Source: Candidatus Multivoradales bacterium (GTDB taxonomy: Bacteria; Acidobacteriota; Thermoanaerobaculia; Multivoradales; Multivoraceae). Taken from it: 64,000 bases of DNA. Position 1 is the stretch's first letter, and each line of letters opens with the position of its first letter. The translations under genes and the position numbers were made by a program. Location: positions 3,104,001-3,168,000 of the forward strand of contig CBDCWI010000002.1 of the NCBI GenBank assembly GCA_965223325.1, read 5' to 3'. Below, piece by piece: positions 9,015 to 19,383 of this stretch. The notes beneath the pieces were generated by a model, which saw only the letters and a list, made by a program, of their open reading frames with translations, was not told the DNA's origin and did no database searches.

Positions 9015-9270
9015 CTATTTTCTCTTGAACTTTCCCATTCCCCGCGAACCAGTCTGAAGGTTCTTCCAGTAGTGCACCGTAACCTTCGAGCCATCCAGGC
9101 CACGCCGGGTGTATTCCATCTTGGCAAAGAGATGTTCGGGGAAGAGCGGGTCCTTGATTTTTCCCTGCATAATGCGGTGGCCCAAGCCATTTGACAGCAC
9201 CTCTTTCATCGTCAGCTGCTCCGTGAGGCTAAGCGGCATGCTGCCCTGCCCCAGGATTGCCGGGGCGCTG
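9015..9270 (-). pseudogene. orphan polymorphic-toxin C-terminal tip
   Basis: PLSLTEQLTMKEV...GKIKDP...KM...VHYWKNLQTG..KFK pattern recalled from Rhs/CdiA tips; abuts Rhs-core fragments upstream. Confidence 0.65.
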
Positions 9271-9448
9271 GCTTTCAAAGCTCGAGTACCCGGCAGTTCC
9301 CGACTACGTTCTCGGCAAGGACCTCGATGACATGGCGCGGCTCGGGTCCTCAATGCGTCGACTGGCCGCCTCGTAGGCATAGGTGGGGCCGCCTACCTGC
9401 GTCACGTTGCCGGACGGGTCGTAGCCGAGGGCGTGAGTCGTGGTGCCG
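9271..9448. repeat. mosaic of Rhs-core fragments in both orientations
   Basis: 9271-9339 is the reverse complement of 8003-8071 (1 mismatch); 9341-9357 resembles 5104-5120/7739-7755; 9362-9448 is a direct copy of 7898-7984 (7 mismatches). Confidence 0.9.
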
Positions 9449-9577
9449 GGGCTGTAAAGGCTGAGAACGCGAAGCCCCATCGAGCGAACCCAACAAGAAG
9501 GGTGGCGCCGCCGCTCTCGAAGTCACAGGCGACGGCTCCCCTCAGACGCTCAACACCACTTGGCGTTGACTGGCCCG

Positions 9578-10864
<1,287 letters not shown>

Positions 10865-10890
10865 CTGAGGCTCCTGGGCGAAAGTGATCT

Positions 10891-10997
10891 GTTCGGTATT
10901 TCGAACGGCTATTCGGGATTCGAGACACTACGAGCCATTCCTGGCCAGGTCAAGGACGATCGGTCGATTTGTTGAACTTGTGTTCGAAATATCGAAC
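10891..10997. promoter_or_regulatory. pair of palindromic operators GTTCG-N6-CGAAC upstream of aceA
   Basis: GTTCGGTATTTCGAAC (10891-10906) and GTTCGAAATATCGAAC (10982-10997) are mutual reverse complements with 1 mismatch. Confidence 0.7.
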
Positions 10998-11059
10998 GAA
11001 TCTCGCGGATTCTCAGCAGCGGCGAGGAATCGGAGCGCGATCGATTGCGGCCGGGCGCG

Positions 11060-12349
11060 CTACTCGGGCTTCGCGGGTCCCCGTTGCAGCAGCTCGTTGC
11101 GCGCTGCGACGACGAAGTCGGTTTCGAGCATCACGAAGTCGCAGGCTTCCGCCTGCTTCTTCGGCAAGCGTGAAGTCGGCAGCTGACCCACCGAACGGTC
11201 GAGGAGGCGCACCGCCCGCTCGAGGTCGGTTCTCTCGACCACCGTCGAACCGCGATCGGCAGCCAGTGCCTGACTGGTCCAGATCGCCATCGGATAGACC
11301 AGCAGGAACTTGGGCAGCGCTTCCTTGACCGGCAGAATCTCTTCGCCAGCGACCAGGTAGCGGTGGCCGACGATCTTGGCGCGCACATAGGTCAGCCAGG
11401 CCTCTCGGCCCTCGTGTTCGAGGAAGCTGCCGTCAACCGTTGCGATCTCTTCGAAGGTGGCACTGAGCTCGCGGTTATCGACGATCGGCCGGTTGCTTCC
11501 GTGCTGATAGCGGTTGCCTTCGTCGATGCGCTTCTTCTCGACTTGGCGGCGCGCTCGTTTGCCGAGCTGGTCGACGTTCGGTGGAGCTGGGTTGAGCATC
11601 AGATAGAGCCACTGGAAGAAGATCGCGCGCTGCGTCTTGTCCATATGCCCCTGCCAGGGCATGTTGACGATCTGTCTTGGCAAACCCACGGCGATGGCAC
11701 GACGAAGCTCGCTCGCAACCGGTAGCTGCGGATCACCAGTCGTCGCCAGGCGAACGTACTGAAGAAGACAGCGTATGCGGTCGAAAACCGACAGGTCTTC
11801 GTTGGCCAGGAAGCCGAGTAGAAAACGCTCGAACTCGAGCAGGATGGCGTCGTCGAGCGGGCGACCGTCGTCGATCCAGTGCTTCTGGACCAGCGGAGCG
11901 CCGAGCTCGTCGTCGAGGAGCGCCTGCCACTCCGGTCTTCGTTCGCGAACCGGCGCACCCGCGCCGCGGCTGACCGCCGAACACGAGAAGCTGACATCGA
12001 CGGTCACTCGATCCGCAACCCGATGAAAGCCGAACGGGTAGAGGCGGCACATGAGCGGCTTGGCCTCGGCGCCGAAATGCTGGTGAATGCGGCACTGGTT
12101 CTGATTGCCCAGAAAGACGCAACGACCGTCGTCTTTGCGCGCCAGGCGATCGACTGATCCGGCTCCTGGAACATCCACTCGCACCGCAGGTCGAACGCCT
12201 GCCAGATCGTCGGCAACACCGTTCCAGTCGAGCGCTTCGAGCTCCGCGCGCTCGCCCTCCTGCAGCTGAATGTTGACGTCGCGGCAACAGTCGCCACACT
12301 GGCTACAGGTAAAGCACACACCCCCAGGGGTTTCGAACAGGACTGCCAT
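11060..12349 (-). CDS. YkgJ/FliB-like cysteine-cluster (Fe-S/Zn) protein
   Basis: CSQCGDCC, CVFL, CRIH and KPLMCRLYPF motifs. Confidence 0.85.
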   Translation of the reverse strand: MAVLFETPGGVCFTCSQCGDCCRDVNIQLQEGERAELEALDWNGVADDLAGVRPAVRVDVPGAGSVDRLARKDDGRCVFLGNQNQCRIHQHFGAEAKPLMCRLYPFGFHRVADRVTVDVSFSCSAVSRGAGAPVRERRPEWQALLDDELGAPLVQKHWIDDGRPLDDAILLEFERFLLGFLANEDLSVFDRIRCLLQYVRLATTGDPQLPVASELRRAIAVGLPRQIVNMPWQGHMDKTQRAIFFQWLYLMLNPAPPNVDQLGKRARRQVEKKRIDEGNRYQHGSNRPIVDNRELSATFEEIATVDGSFLEHEGREAWLTYVRAKIVGHRYLVAGEEILPVKEALPKFLLVYPMAIWTSQALAADRGSTVVERTDLERAVRLLDRSVGQLPTSRLPKKQAEACDFVMLETDFVVAARNELLQRGPAKPE

Positions 12350-12426
12350 GACGCATACTCTTCCACAGCCCTCTCTTCGAGAACCACCGCCACCCCCTAG
12401 TTCCCCTATGTGGAGGATCGCGACCC

Positions 12427-13308
12427 ATGAACTCCTACGAGTGTTTCGAGATCACTGTCGACAGGCGCGTTGCGCACCTCAAACTCAATCGCCCCGAGAA
12501 GCGCAACAGCATGATTCCGGCGTTCTGGGAGGAACTGCCGGCGGCAGTCCGAGTTCTCGATGAAACCGGTGCGGCACGTGCGCTGGTGATCTCGTCAACC
12601 GGGCCGCACTTCTGTGCCGGCCTCGACGTCAAGGCCTTCAACATGGGGGGCCAGGCACCAGAGCGATCCGAAGACGAGGCGCGGGCAGCCCGCATCCAAC
12701 ACGGCCCGCGCTTCTACTCGAACGTTCTGCGCATGCAACGAAGCCTCTCGGTTCTCGAGGAGTGCCGCATGCCGGTGCTGGCTGCCATTCAGGGGGGCTG
12801 CATCGGTGGCGGAGTCGACCTCACCACCGCCTGCGACATGCGCTACGCCAGCAAGGACGCCTTCTTCACCATCTTCGAAACCAACATCGGAATGACCGCC
12901 GACGTTGGCACCTTCCCGCGCATCGTCAAGCTCATTCCCGAAGGCGTCGTTCGCGAGCTCGCCTACACCGGTCGCCGCATGAGTGCCGAGGAGGCACAGT
13001 CTGTTGGCCTGGTGAACCGTGTCTTCGCCGATCAGGCAACGATGCTGGACGGGGTGATGGAGATTGCCCACACAATTGCTTCCAAGGCTCCCCTGGCGGT
13101 CTACGGCTGCAAGCGTGTGATCACCTACTCACGCGATCACTCAACCGCCGATGGTCTCGACTACATCGGCATCTGGAACGCCAGCATGTTGCAGCCCGAG
13201 GAAATCCGTGAAGCGATGACCGCCAACGCCGAGAAGCGCGACGGCAACTTCGTTGATCTGCCACGGCTCGCGGAAGACGAAGACGACCCAGCCTTTCTCG
13301 AGGGCTAG
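12427..13308 (+). CDS. enoyl-CoA hydratase/isomerase (crotonase) family
   Basis: LNRPEKRN, FCAGLD, GGCIGGGVDL and ADVGT motifs. Confidence 0.93.
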   Translation: MNSYECFEITVDRRVAHLKLNRPEKRNSMIPAFWEELPAAVRVLDETGAARALVISSTGPHFCAGLDVKAFNMGGQAPERSEDEARAARIQHGPRFYSNVLRMQRSLSVLEECRMPVLAAIQGGCIGGGVDLTTACDMRYASKDAFFTIFETNIGMTADVGTFPRIVKLIPEGVVRELAYTGRRMSAEEAQSVGLVNRVFADQATMLDGVMEIAHTIASKAPLAVYGCKRVITYSRDHSTADGLDYIGIWNASMLQPEEIREAMTANAEKRDGNFVDLPRLAEDEDDPAFLEG

Positions 13309-13339
13309 GGCTCCACGCCGAGCGCCAATAGGCCCTACG

Positions 13340-15031
13340 ATGAAGAAGACCCGGACGTGCACCACAGCTCTCGTCGCCACTCTCCTGGCTCCCGCCCTCT
13401 TTGCCCAGACCGGTGGCGCGACCGACCGCCTCGGCGAACTCGAAAAGGAACTCGGCAAGGTCAAGATCGAGGAGCACTCCGGCCTGGAGTATGAGCAGGC
13501 CGCAAAAGAGCTCGCTCGCCTGGTCGCCGAACTCGACCACCTGCTCGCCGCCGGCACAGAGGATGAGCCGGAGCTCGCCGGCAAAGAGCGCATCGAAGCA
13601 GAGCTCTTGCGGGCACAGGCGCGGCGTCGACATTTCGAGATCGGAGAGTTGGAGCTTTATCGCCTCGTCCCCGTACGCTACCTGTCGCTGGGAGAAACGA
13701 GCGGCCTCTTCCTTAGACCGTGCGCCCAGCCGGACGCGGCTACGAAGAGAGCCACCGCTGAGCTACGACGGCTTCCCAAGGTCCTCGAGAACGCCCGGCG
13801 CAACCTGACCGTGCCGGCCCGAGTGTGGACGGAGAACGCCATCGAAACATCGCGCTACGCCAGCCTGATGCTCGAGGAGGAGCTCAGGAAGGTGTGCATC
13901 GACGACCCGGACCTGGAACGCCGGTTCCTGGTCGCCGGTGAAAGAGCGGCCGAGGCGGTGGCTGGCTTTCGCGACTGGCTGACCGACACGCTGCTGCCGC
14001 GCTCGACCCGCTCCCCGGCCTGGACACCCGAAGAAGTCGAGGTCTACCAGTTCGAGCACGAGTTCCTGACCGACTACGGTGTCGACGAAATGCTGCGCGT
14101 CGCCGCCCTGGACGAGGAGGGCACGACCCAGGAGATGAAGGAGCTCGCGGCGCGCATTCACCCGTCGGGCGACCTCGAGACCGTCTGGAAGCTGATGAAA
14201 GACGAGACACCGCCGTGGTCTGAGGTCCCTCGAATGGCTGAGCGCTACGTCGAGATGGCGGCCTCGTGGCTTCAGAACGAAGGCAGCCATGTGGTGGCCA
14301 TCCCCGAGCGCTTCGACTACGGCGTCCAGTTGACCTCGCCGATGGGCCGACGGGTCCTGTCGTTCGGAGGCGCCTCCTACGGGCCCACGATGGGCGGTCG
14401 CATCTCGGGCTACTACGTGCTCACTCCTCTCGAGCCTTGGCTCTCCGAGGACGACGCTGCCAGCCGGCTGCGCTCCTACAACCCCTACTGGACGCACGTC
14501 ATTTCGTACCACGAGTGGATCGGCCACAACGTCCAACGCGCCGTGGCGCATGAGTTCGCCGAGGGCTCGGTGATGCGCTCTTTCCAGTCGATCTACCTGA
14601 GCCAGGCGTGGTCGTTCTACCTCGAGAAGCTGCTCGAAGACGAGGGCTACTTCGAAGATCGCTTGCCGCACGTCGAAGCGCTCAAGACGCGCATGGCGCG
14701 CCTCCAGATGCGCATGTGGAGGGTGCAACGCATTCTGACCAAGCTCAGGATGGCGAAGGGCGAGATGACGTTCGACGAAGCGGTCGAAGCCTACGTCGCG
14801 AAGATCGGCATGGAGCCCACCAACGCCTTCATCGAAGTGCAACGCGACTCACAGAGCCCATCGCCACCCGGGCGCGAGATCATTGGCGAGCGCTTCATTC
14901 TCGAGCTTCGCGAGGAGTGGAAGGCTCGCATGGGCGAACACGATTCGATGTTGGCGTTCCATGAAGCGCTGTTGCGTTACGGAGATCTCCCGCTTCCCGT
15001 CGTGCGCCGGCTGATGTTCGGAGACTTCTGA
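13340..15031 (+). CDS. secreted DUF885-like metallopeptidase
   Basis: Signal peptide MKKTRTCTTALVATLLAPALFA, HEWIGHNVQ, and C-terminal FHEALLRYGDLPL. Confidence 0.75.
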   Translation: MKKTRTCTTALVATLLAPALFAQTGGATDRLGELEKELGKVKIEEHSGLEYEQAAKELARLVAELDHLLAAGTEDEPELAGKERIEAELLRAQARRRHFEIGELELYRLVPVRYLSLGETSGLFLRPCAQPDAATKRATAELRRLPKVLENARRNLTVPARVWTENAIETSRYASLMLEEELRKVCIDDPDLERRFLVAGERAAEAVAGFRDWLTDTLLPRSTRSPAWTPEEVEVYQFEHEFLTDYGVDEMLRVAALDEEGTTQEMKELAARIHPSGDLETVWKLMKDETPPWSEVPRMAERYVEMAASWLQNEGSHVVAIPERFDYGVQLTSPMGRRVLSFGGASYGPTMGGRISGYYVLTPLEPWLSEDDAASRLRSYNPYWTHVISYHEWIGHNVQRAVAHEFAEGSVMRSFQSIYLSQAWSFYLEKLLEDEGYFEDRLPHVEALKTRMARLQMRMWRVQRILTKLRMAKGEMTFDEAVEAYVAKIGMEPTNAFIEVQRDSQSPSPPGREIIGERFILELREEWKARMGEHDSMLAFHEALLRYGDLPLPVVRRLMFGDF

Positions 15032-15123
15032 CCCAGGTGACGTACCGACCACCTACCGAACGATTGGTCGAATCGTGGCCACGGTCGAGAAGAGTCCTTG
15101 ACTCGAATGGCACGATGAGTAGG

Positions 15124-15378
15124 CCGGGTGACATGAAGGACATCCTCAACCGGGTGACCGAAGCCAGGACGGCTGCCGAAGCCAACCTGGTCACTCGCCG
15201 AGAGGAGACCGCCGCGATGCGTTCTCAGGCCAACACGGCCAAATTGCTCGATGCACACCCGCCGCTGATGAGGCTGCGGGAGCTCGAGGTTCTCGAAGGA
15301 GTGCCCGAGAAGTTCCAGCTGACCGTCGTGCTCGGTGATGGCAACGGCCTCTCCGAGCGCGTCATGAAGCTGCTCTGA
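15124..15378 (+). pseudogene. C-terminal remnant of slipin/SPFH (band 7) protein
   Basis: PGDMKDILNRVTEA..AAEANL..RREETAAMRSQANTAKLL..P.LMRLRELE; the SPFH body is missing. Confidence 0.7.
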
Positions 15379-15408
15379 CGACGTAGCCAACAACCAGAAA
15401 CAAGAGAC

Positions 15409-15449
15409 GGGGCGGCGGCCGCCGCATGCGGTCGCTGCCCCTATCTTTT
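15409..15449 (+). terminator. intrinsic terminator-like hairpin
   Basis: GGGGCGGCGGCCG...CGGTCGCTGCCCC stem followed by TATCTTTT. Confidence 0.6.
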
Positions 15450-15520
15450 CCTGAGGTGTACCTCGGGCTGACCGGAAAGGTTTTCAATCCCTTAGGACCT
15501 TCGTAGACTCATCGGCAACC

Positions 15521-16231
15521 ATGCCACGGCCACCCCTCGTCGGCATCACTGCCGGCAACGACCCGCTGATGCCCGAGCACTACGTGCTGCGCTGGGACTA
15601 CGTCCATAGCGTGACCGAGGCCGGCGGTGTCGCCGTCATCCTGGCCCCGAGCCGTGCAGCCGAAGAGCCTCAGCTGCTCGAGCGCTTCGACGCTCTTGTG
15701 CTCTCTGGGGGCGCCGACCTGCACCCCGAGACCTACGGCCAGTCGCCTCGGACCGAGATCCGCGCACCCAGCCGCGAACGTGACGTCTTCGAGCTCGGAC
15801 TGGCACGTCGGGCTCTCGAAAAGGATCTTCCGCTCTTTGCGATCTGCCGCGGCATGCAGGTCCTGAACGTCGCGCTCGGTGGCAGCCTGATCCAGGATCT
15901 TCCAACCGAGATCGGCGACGGGATTCGTCACGACGACCTCGACCGACCGCGCTACACCCTCGCTCACGACGTCGACATCACACCGGGCTCCCGCCTCGAA
16001 GCTTCGCTCGCCACCCGCCGCATAACCGTCAACAGCTTCCACCACCAGGCCATCGACCGGCTGGCCGATGGCCTCGAGGTCACGGCAAGGTCCGAGGACG
16101 GGGTCATCGAAGCCGTCGAACTGCCCGGTCGAGAGGTCCTCGGGGTGCAGTGGCACCCGGAGTGCTTCTGGCGCAAGCGCACGTTTCTCCCACTCTTTGA
16201 AGTCCTCGTGCAGGCGGCCGAGCGGCGCTGA
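15521..16231 (+). CDS. gamma-glutamyl-gamma-aminobutyrate hydrolase family (peptidase C26, PuuD-like)
   Basis: AICRGMQ, VNSFHHQAI and GVQWHPE triad motifs. Confidence 0.92.
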   Translation: MPRPPLVGITAGNDPLMPEHYVLRWDYVHSVTEAGGVAVILAPSRAAEEPQLLERFDALVLSGGADLHPETYGQSPRTEIRAPSRERDVFELGLARRALEKDLPLFAICRGMQVLNVALGGSLIQDLPTEIGDGIRHDDLDRPRYTLAHDVDITPGSRLEASLATRRITVNSFHHQAIDRLADGLEVTARSEDGVIEAVELPGREVLGVQWHPECFWRKRTFLPLFEVLVQAAERR

Positions 16232-16464
16232 ACCCACCAAGGGCCCAGCGCGACCGCCGGCGGGCGTAGTTCAAACGCAATCCACTCCTCTCCGTCTCCG
16301 GCGGGCTATCCCAACGGATAGTCACTAACCGAACGGCTACACCGGAGAAGTCAGCGGCCTCCGCGGACGCCCTATGGGCTGGGTTCCCAGGCGGGCACTC
16401 ACTTTGCACTTCCTGAAGGTCCAACGCACCGGACCGCCGCACAGCGCGCAGGGAGACCACACCC

Positions 16465-17823
16465 ATGGAAGACCAACGCACACTCGCCACCTCCTTCGGA
16501 CGCCGCGCCGCGACCCTCTGCGCCCTCTACTTCGCGCAGGGCGTGCCCTGGGGATTCGTGACGATCTCGTTGGTCGCCTACCTCAACGAGCACGGAATCC
16601 CACGTCAGGAAACGGCCATCCTGATCTCGATGTCGATTCTCCCGTGGACCTTCAAACTGATCTGGGGACCGATGATCGACTCGTTTCAGCTTCGATCGTT
16701 CGGCCGAAGAAGACCCTGGATTCTTTTCGCCCAGGCCATGATGGCGGTGACTCTGCTCGCAGCCTCGACCACTCGCGCGCTGACAGATCCTGAGACAGTC
16801 GGCTTTCTGGCCGCGGTCTTTTTCATCCACAACTGCTTCGCCGCCTTACAAGACGTGGCAACCGATGCACTGGCAATCGACATCCTTCCGCCCAGCGAGC
16901 GTGGGCGAATGAACGGCTTCATGTGGGGCTCGAAGCTGATCGGCATCTCGATCGGTGGAGCCGTCCTTGCTACCGTGATCGTACGCTTTGGTCTCACGGT
17001 TGGTGTCCAGATCCAGGCGCTGGTCGTCCTCCTCATCATGTTGTTGCCCTTGCTGTTGCGCGAGCGCCCGGGCGACCGTTTGTTCCCGTGGAGTAACAGC
17101 GCAGCCGGAGCCCTCGCAGCAACGGGTGGTGAGACAAGCGACGCTGGACCCATCTCCTTCGCCGAGCGCCTGACTGGGCCCTTCAAGGTGCTGAGAGAGC
17201 TCGGCCGCGCGTTCAGCCTGCGAACCACGCTTCTGGCCGGCGTGGTTGCATTGGCCTACATGCTGGCGGAGGGCTTTCACGACGCATCAACTCCTGCCGT
17301 CTTTACCCAGACCTTCGGCTGGAGCACCGAGGCCTACGCGCGGTTGCAGGGAGTCTGGGGAACGGCAGGCAAGCTCATCGGTGCGCTGCTCGGTGGTTAC
17401 CTCTGCGATCGCTATGGTCGTCGCTTGATCGCTGGCATCTTCGCCAGCTCAGTGGCCGTCGTGTTCGTTGCCTTCGGGCTCGCACTCCCGTGGGTCGGCA
17501 ACGTGCCCTCTGCCCTCGCCCTCTTCATCTTTCTCGTCCAGGGTTCCCTGGCCGCCGTCGCCGTGGCCATGTTCTCGCTGTTCATGAAGATCTCCTGGAC
17601 CACGGCCGCGGCCAGCCAGTTCACCCTTCTCATGACGCTCTCCAACATGGGCTATGCCGCGGGTCCTCTCCTGACACGACTCCATCTCAGCGACGCACAA
17701 AGCTACATCGTCGCCGGCGCCGCCGCCATCCTCCCGATGGTGCTCTTGCCCTTGATGGCACCAGAGCGAGTCGAGAAGCGTAAGAAGGCGGAACTGAGGG
17801 TCGCCGTCTCGCAGCCAGCCTGA
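16465..17823 (+). CDS. AmpG-like MFS transporter
   Basis: LYFAQGVP, LPWTFKLIWGP, GRRRPW and QDVATDA motifs with multiple TM helices. Confidence 0.85.
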   Translation: MEDQRTLATSFGRRAATLCALYFAQGVPWGFVTISLVAYLNEHGIPRQETAILISMSILPWTFKLIWGPMIDSFQLRSFGRRRPWILFAQAMMAVTLLAASTTRALTDPETVGFLAAVFFIHNCFAALQDVATDALAIDILPPSERGRMNGFMWGSKLIGISIGGAVLATVIVRFGLTVGVQIQALVVLLIMLLPLLLRERPGDRLFPWSNSAAGALAATGGETSDAGPISFAERLTGPFKVLRELGRAFSLRTTLLAGVVALAYMLAEGFHDASTPAVFTQTFGWSTEAYARLQGVWGTAGKLIGALLGGYLCDRYGRRLIAGIFASSVAVVFVAFGLALPWVGNVPSALALFIFLVQGSLAAVAVAMFSLFMKISWTTAAASQFTLLMTLSNMGYAAGPLLTRLHLSDAQSYIVAGAAAILPMVLLPLMAPERVEKRKKAELRVAVSQPA

Positions 17824-17984
17824 GCCCCTGCTACGTTGCCCAACCGAAGTCGCCGCAGACCGTATCGCTGTCCTCTGCCACTGGACCAGACCCATCTCGG
17901 CTCGCCGCACGTCGACATTTTCCGGGTCTTCCATCGACATAACGAACCGCCAGAGGTGTTTCAGTTGCATCGCTTCCTGGAAGC

Positions 17985-18000
17985 GTTCATCATCGTGAAC
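17985..18000. promoter_or_regulatory. palindrome GTTCA-N6-TGAAC upstream of IclR gene
   Basis: GTTCATCATCGTGAAC; same geometry as the aceA operators. Confidence 0.55.
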
Positions 18001-18035
18001 GTTCACAACTGCAAAGAGCGTTTCAGGGAGCGGGC

Positions 18036-18800
18036 GTGGGAAAGGTCACCACTACATCGGTCGAGAGGGCACTCGATATTCTCGAGTTCGTGGCGCGGGC
18101 TGAGCGTGGTCAAACCAACTCGGACATCAGTCGCCGGCTCGACATTCCCAAAAGCTCTGCCAGCTACCTGCTGCGTACGCTCGAATCGCGCGGCTACCTG
18201 CGCCGTGACGATGAATCGGGGCGCTATCGCATTGGCATCAAGGTGATCGGCCTTGGCCAGAGCGCGATTCAGGGGCTCGACATTCGCCGGGTCGCTGAGC
18301 CGATTCTGCGCGAGTTGGTCGAAGAAACAGGCCTCACGGGTCATCTGGCGATTCTCGACCACGGGCGTGCGGTCTATATCGATCGCGCAGAGAAGCCCGG
18401 CTTTCTGCTGATCAATACCTGGGTCGGTCGCGAGCTCACCGTGCATTCGACCGGAGTGGGCAAGGTCCTGGTGATGGATCTTCCCCTGGCTGAACTCGAC
18501 GCGATTCTCGAGCGTGACGGTCTTCCGCAGAAGACCCCGAAGACCATCACCACCCGCGCGGCGATGCTCGACGAGCTCGAGCGGGTTCGTAAACAGGGTT
18601 ACGCCGTCGACGACGAGGAGAACAACCTCGGGGTTCGTTGCGTGGCAGTGCCGATCTATGACCAGAGCGGCCGCGTTCTGGCGGCGTTTGGTCTCTCGGG
18701 GCCTACCAGTCATGCCAGGCCCGAGTCTGTCAGCCCGGTCAGCGAGCTGATGCGGACTGCGGCATCCCGTGTCTCGCGGCAACTGGGGTACGCCGCCTAG
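18036..18800 (+). CDS. IclR family transcriptional regulator
   Basis: SVERALDILE, PKSSASYLLRTL, HSTGVGKV and GYAVDDEE..GVRCVAVP motifs. Confidence 0.95.
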   Translation: MGKVTTTSVERALDILEFVARAERGQTNSDISRRLDIPKSSASYLLRTLESRGYLRRDDESGRYRIGIKVIGLGQSAIQGLDIRRVAEPILRELVEETGLTGHLAILDHGRAVYIDRAEKPGFLLINTWVGRELTVHSTGVGKVLVMDLPLAELDAILERDGLPQKTPKTITTRAAMLDELERVRKQGYAVDDEENNLGVRCVAVPIYDQSGRVLAAFGLSGPTSHARPESVSPVSELMRTAASRVSRQLGYAA

Positions 18801-18810
18801 AGGCCTCCAG

Positions 18811-19350
18811 TTAGATGCGGCGGTCGAGCCAACCACGCACGCGACCATAGAGACCTTCGCCGAGCAGGCCTTCCGCCGAGCGCGCGATGTCGCGAAGAAC
18901 GATGCGCAACCGCTCTGAGCCGCTCCAGTAACGCTCGGCCAGGGACTCGAACTCAGGGCTCATCACGTGCGAAAGCACCCCGGCGGCCAACACGATGTCG
19001 TCGAGATAGCCCGCCACTCCAAAGAGTCCCTCTGGAAAGAGGTCGATCGGAAGAACGAAGTAAGCCAGCGCACCGCCAATCAAACTCCGGCTTGCGGCAG
19101 GCACCTGTTTGTCGAGGGCGAGGCGTGCGAGCAGAAAGAACAAGTCAGGGGCCAGAAGCAGGTACTCCGCCGTCTGCTCGGAGAGCCGGCCTGATGAAAC
19201 TGCCTTCTTGATGCGTCGACGCAGCACATCGTAGAAGCCAAGCAGCTTCGGCTCCGGCGGTTTGGCGACCCGTTCGGTCGAGATCGCCGTCTCTTCGGGA
19301 GGCAAAACCTCGTCGGGTTGGAGGGGGGCTTTCCTGGTGTCGGCGCTCAT
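18811..19350 (-). CDS. YkvA/DUF1232 family protein
   Basis: ALAYFVLPIDLFPE...GYLDD motif. Confidence 0.85.
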   Translation of the reverse strand: MSADTRKAPLQPDEVLPPEETAISTERVAKPPEPKLLGFYDVLRRRIKKAVSSGRLSEQTAEYLLLAPDLFFLLARLALDKQVPAASRSLIGGALAYFVLPIDLFPEGLFGVAGYLDDIVLAAGVLSHVMSPEFESLAERYWSGSERLRIVLRDIARSAEGLLGEGLYGRVRGWLDRRI

Positions 19351-19383
19351 CGGACCTTCTATTCTACTGGCCGACGTTCCCCC

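Noticed and set aside
5102-9448. CRISPR array or DGR template/variable repeat explanation for the repeats
   Set aside because: There is no regular repeat-spacer period, no cas or reverse transcriptase gene, and the mismatches are not adenine-specific.
10891-10997. LexA/SOS boxes
   Set aside because: Orientation and spacing match neither CGAAC-N4-GTTCG nor GTTC-N7-GTTC, and the adjacent gene is metabolic.
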